64,000 nucleotides of DNA, taken from assembly GCF_963853765.1 (NCBI RefSeq), contig NC_088858.1, positions 12,338,001 through 12,402,000 on the forward strand. Direction: 5' to 3'. Under the pieces are notes generated by a model. It made no database searches. It had not been told where the DNA came from and saw nothing but the letters and a program-made list of their open reading frames with translations. The DNA comes from Magallana gigas. Taxonomy: Eukaryota. The position numbers and the translations under genes were made by a program. Positions 63,977-64,000 of the stretch are shown piece after piece. The first letter of the stretch is position 1. Each line of letters opens with the position of its first letter.

Positions 63977-64000
63977 CTAAAATATAACGCTTTATTGTGA

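Larger units (their letters stand above)
28651..64000. repeat. Tandem array of ~3,985-3,986-bp units (~8.9 copies in window, continues past the right end)
   Basis: The 220-aa VWD ORF recurs at 29624, 33609, 37595, 41580, 45565, 49551, 53537, 57523 and 61509. Units differ only by scattered SNPs and homopolymer length, in both exons and introns. Confidence 0.98.

Noticed and set aside
28651-64000. CRISPR-like or satellite interpretation of the array
   Set aside because: Units are 4-kb exon-intron cassettes without repeat-spacer structure, and the sequence is eukaryotic.

Overview
Eukaryotic, AT-rich genomic DNA, probably from a bivalve (oyster-like, inferred from the repeat families present). 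The whole window lies inside one very large multi-exon gene on the minus strand that runs off both ends. By hand-splicing at GT-AG sites I count 93 exons forming one continuous reading frame of 18,324 nt (about 6,100 aa). The product is a secreted, Cys-rich IgGFc-binding-protein (FCGBP)/zonadhesin/mucin-like protein. In transcription order (high to low coordinate) it contains: (i) nine near-identical ~3,986-bp tandem cassettes (28.65-64 kb), each with 7 exons encoding 536 aa = [DUF3011/ADEL-lectin-like domain, 5-Cys EGF-like, VWD with GDPH, C8, TIL, TILa]; (ii) a diverged Ser/Thr microexon-EGF-VWD-C8-TIL-TILa module lacking GDPH; (iii) eight Thr/Pro-rich microexons arranged as a duplicated quartet; (iv) twelve single-exon EGF-like repeats; (v) a further diverged VWD-C8 module. 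The introns carry a full-length L1/Tx1-clade LINE with a 17-bp TSD, apparently nested in a split Helentron-type HINE, plus several MITEs (hAT, Tc1/mariner, TTAA-type) and microsatellites. The most interesting signal is the array: a candidate self-cleaving (GD|PH) polyprotein of identical lectin-like/VWD modules, amplified and homogenised together with its introns. All domain names are assigned from motifs by eye and need HMM or structural confirmation.
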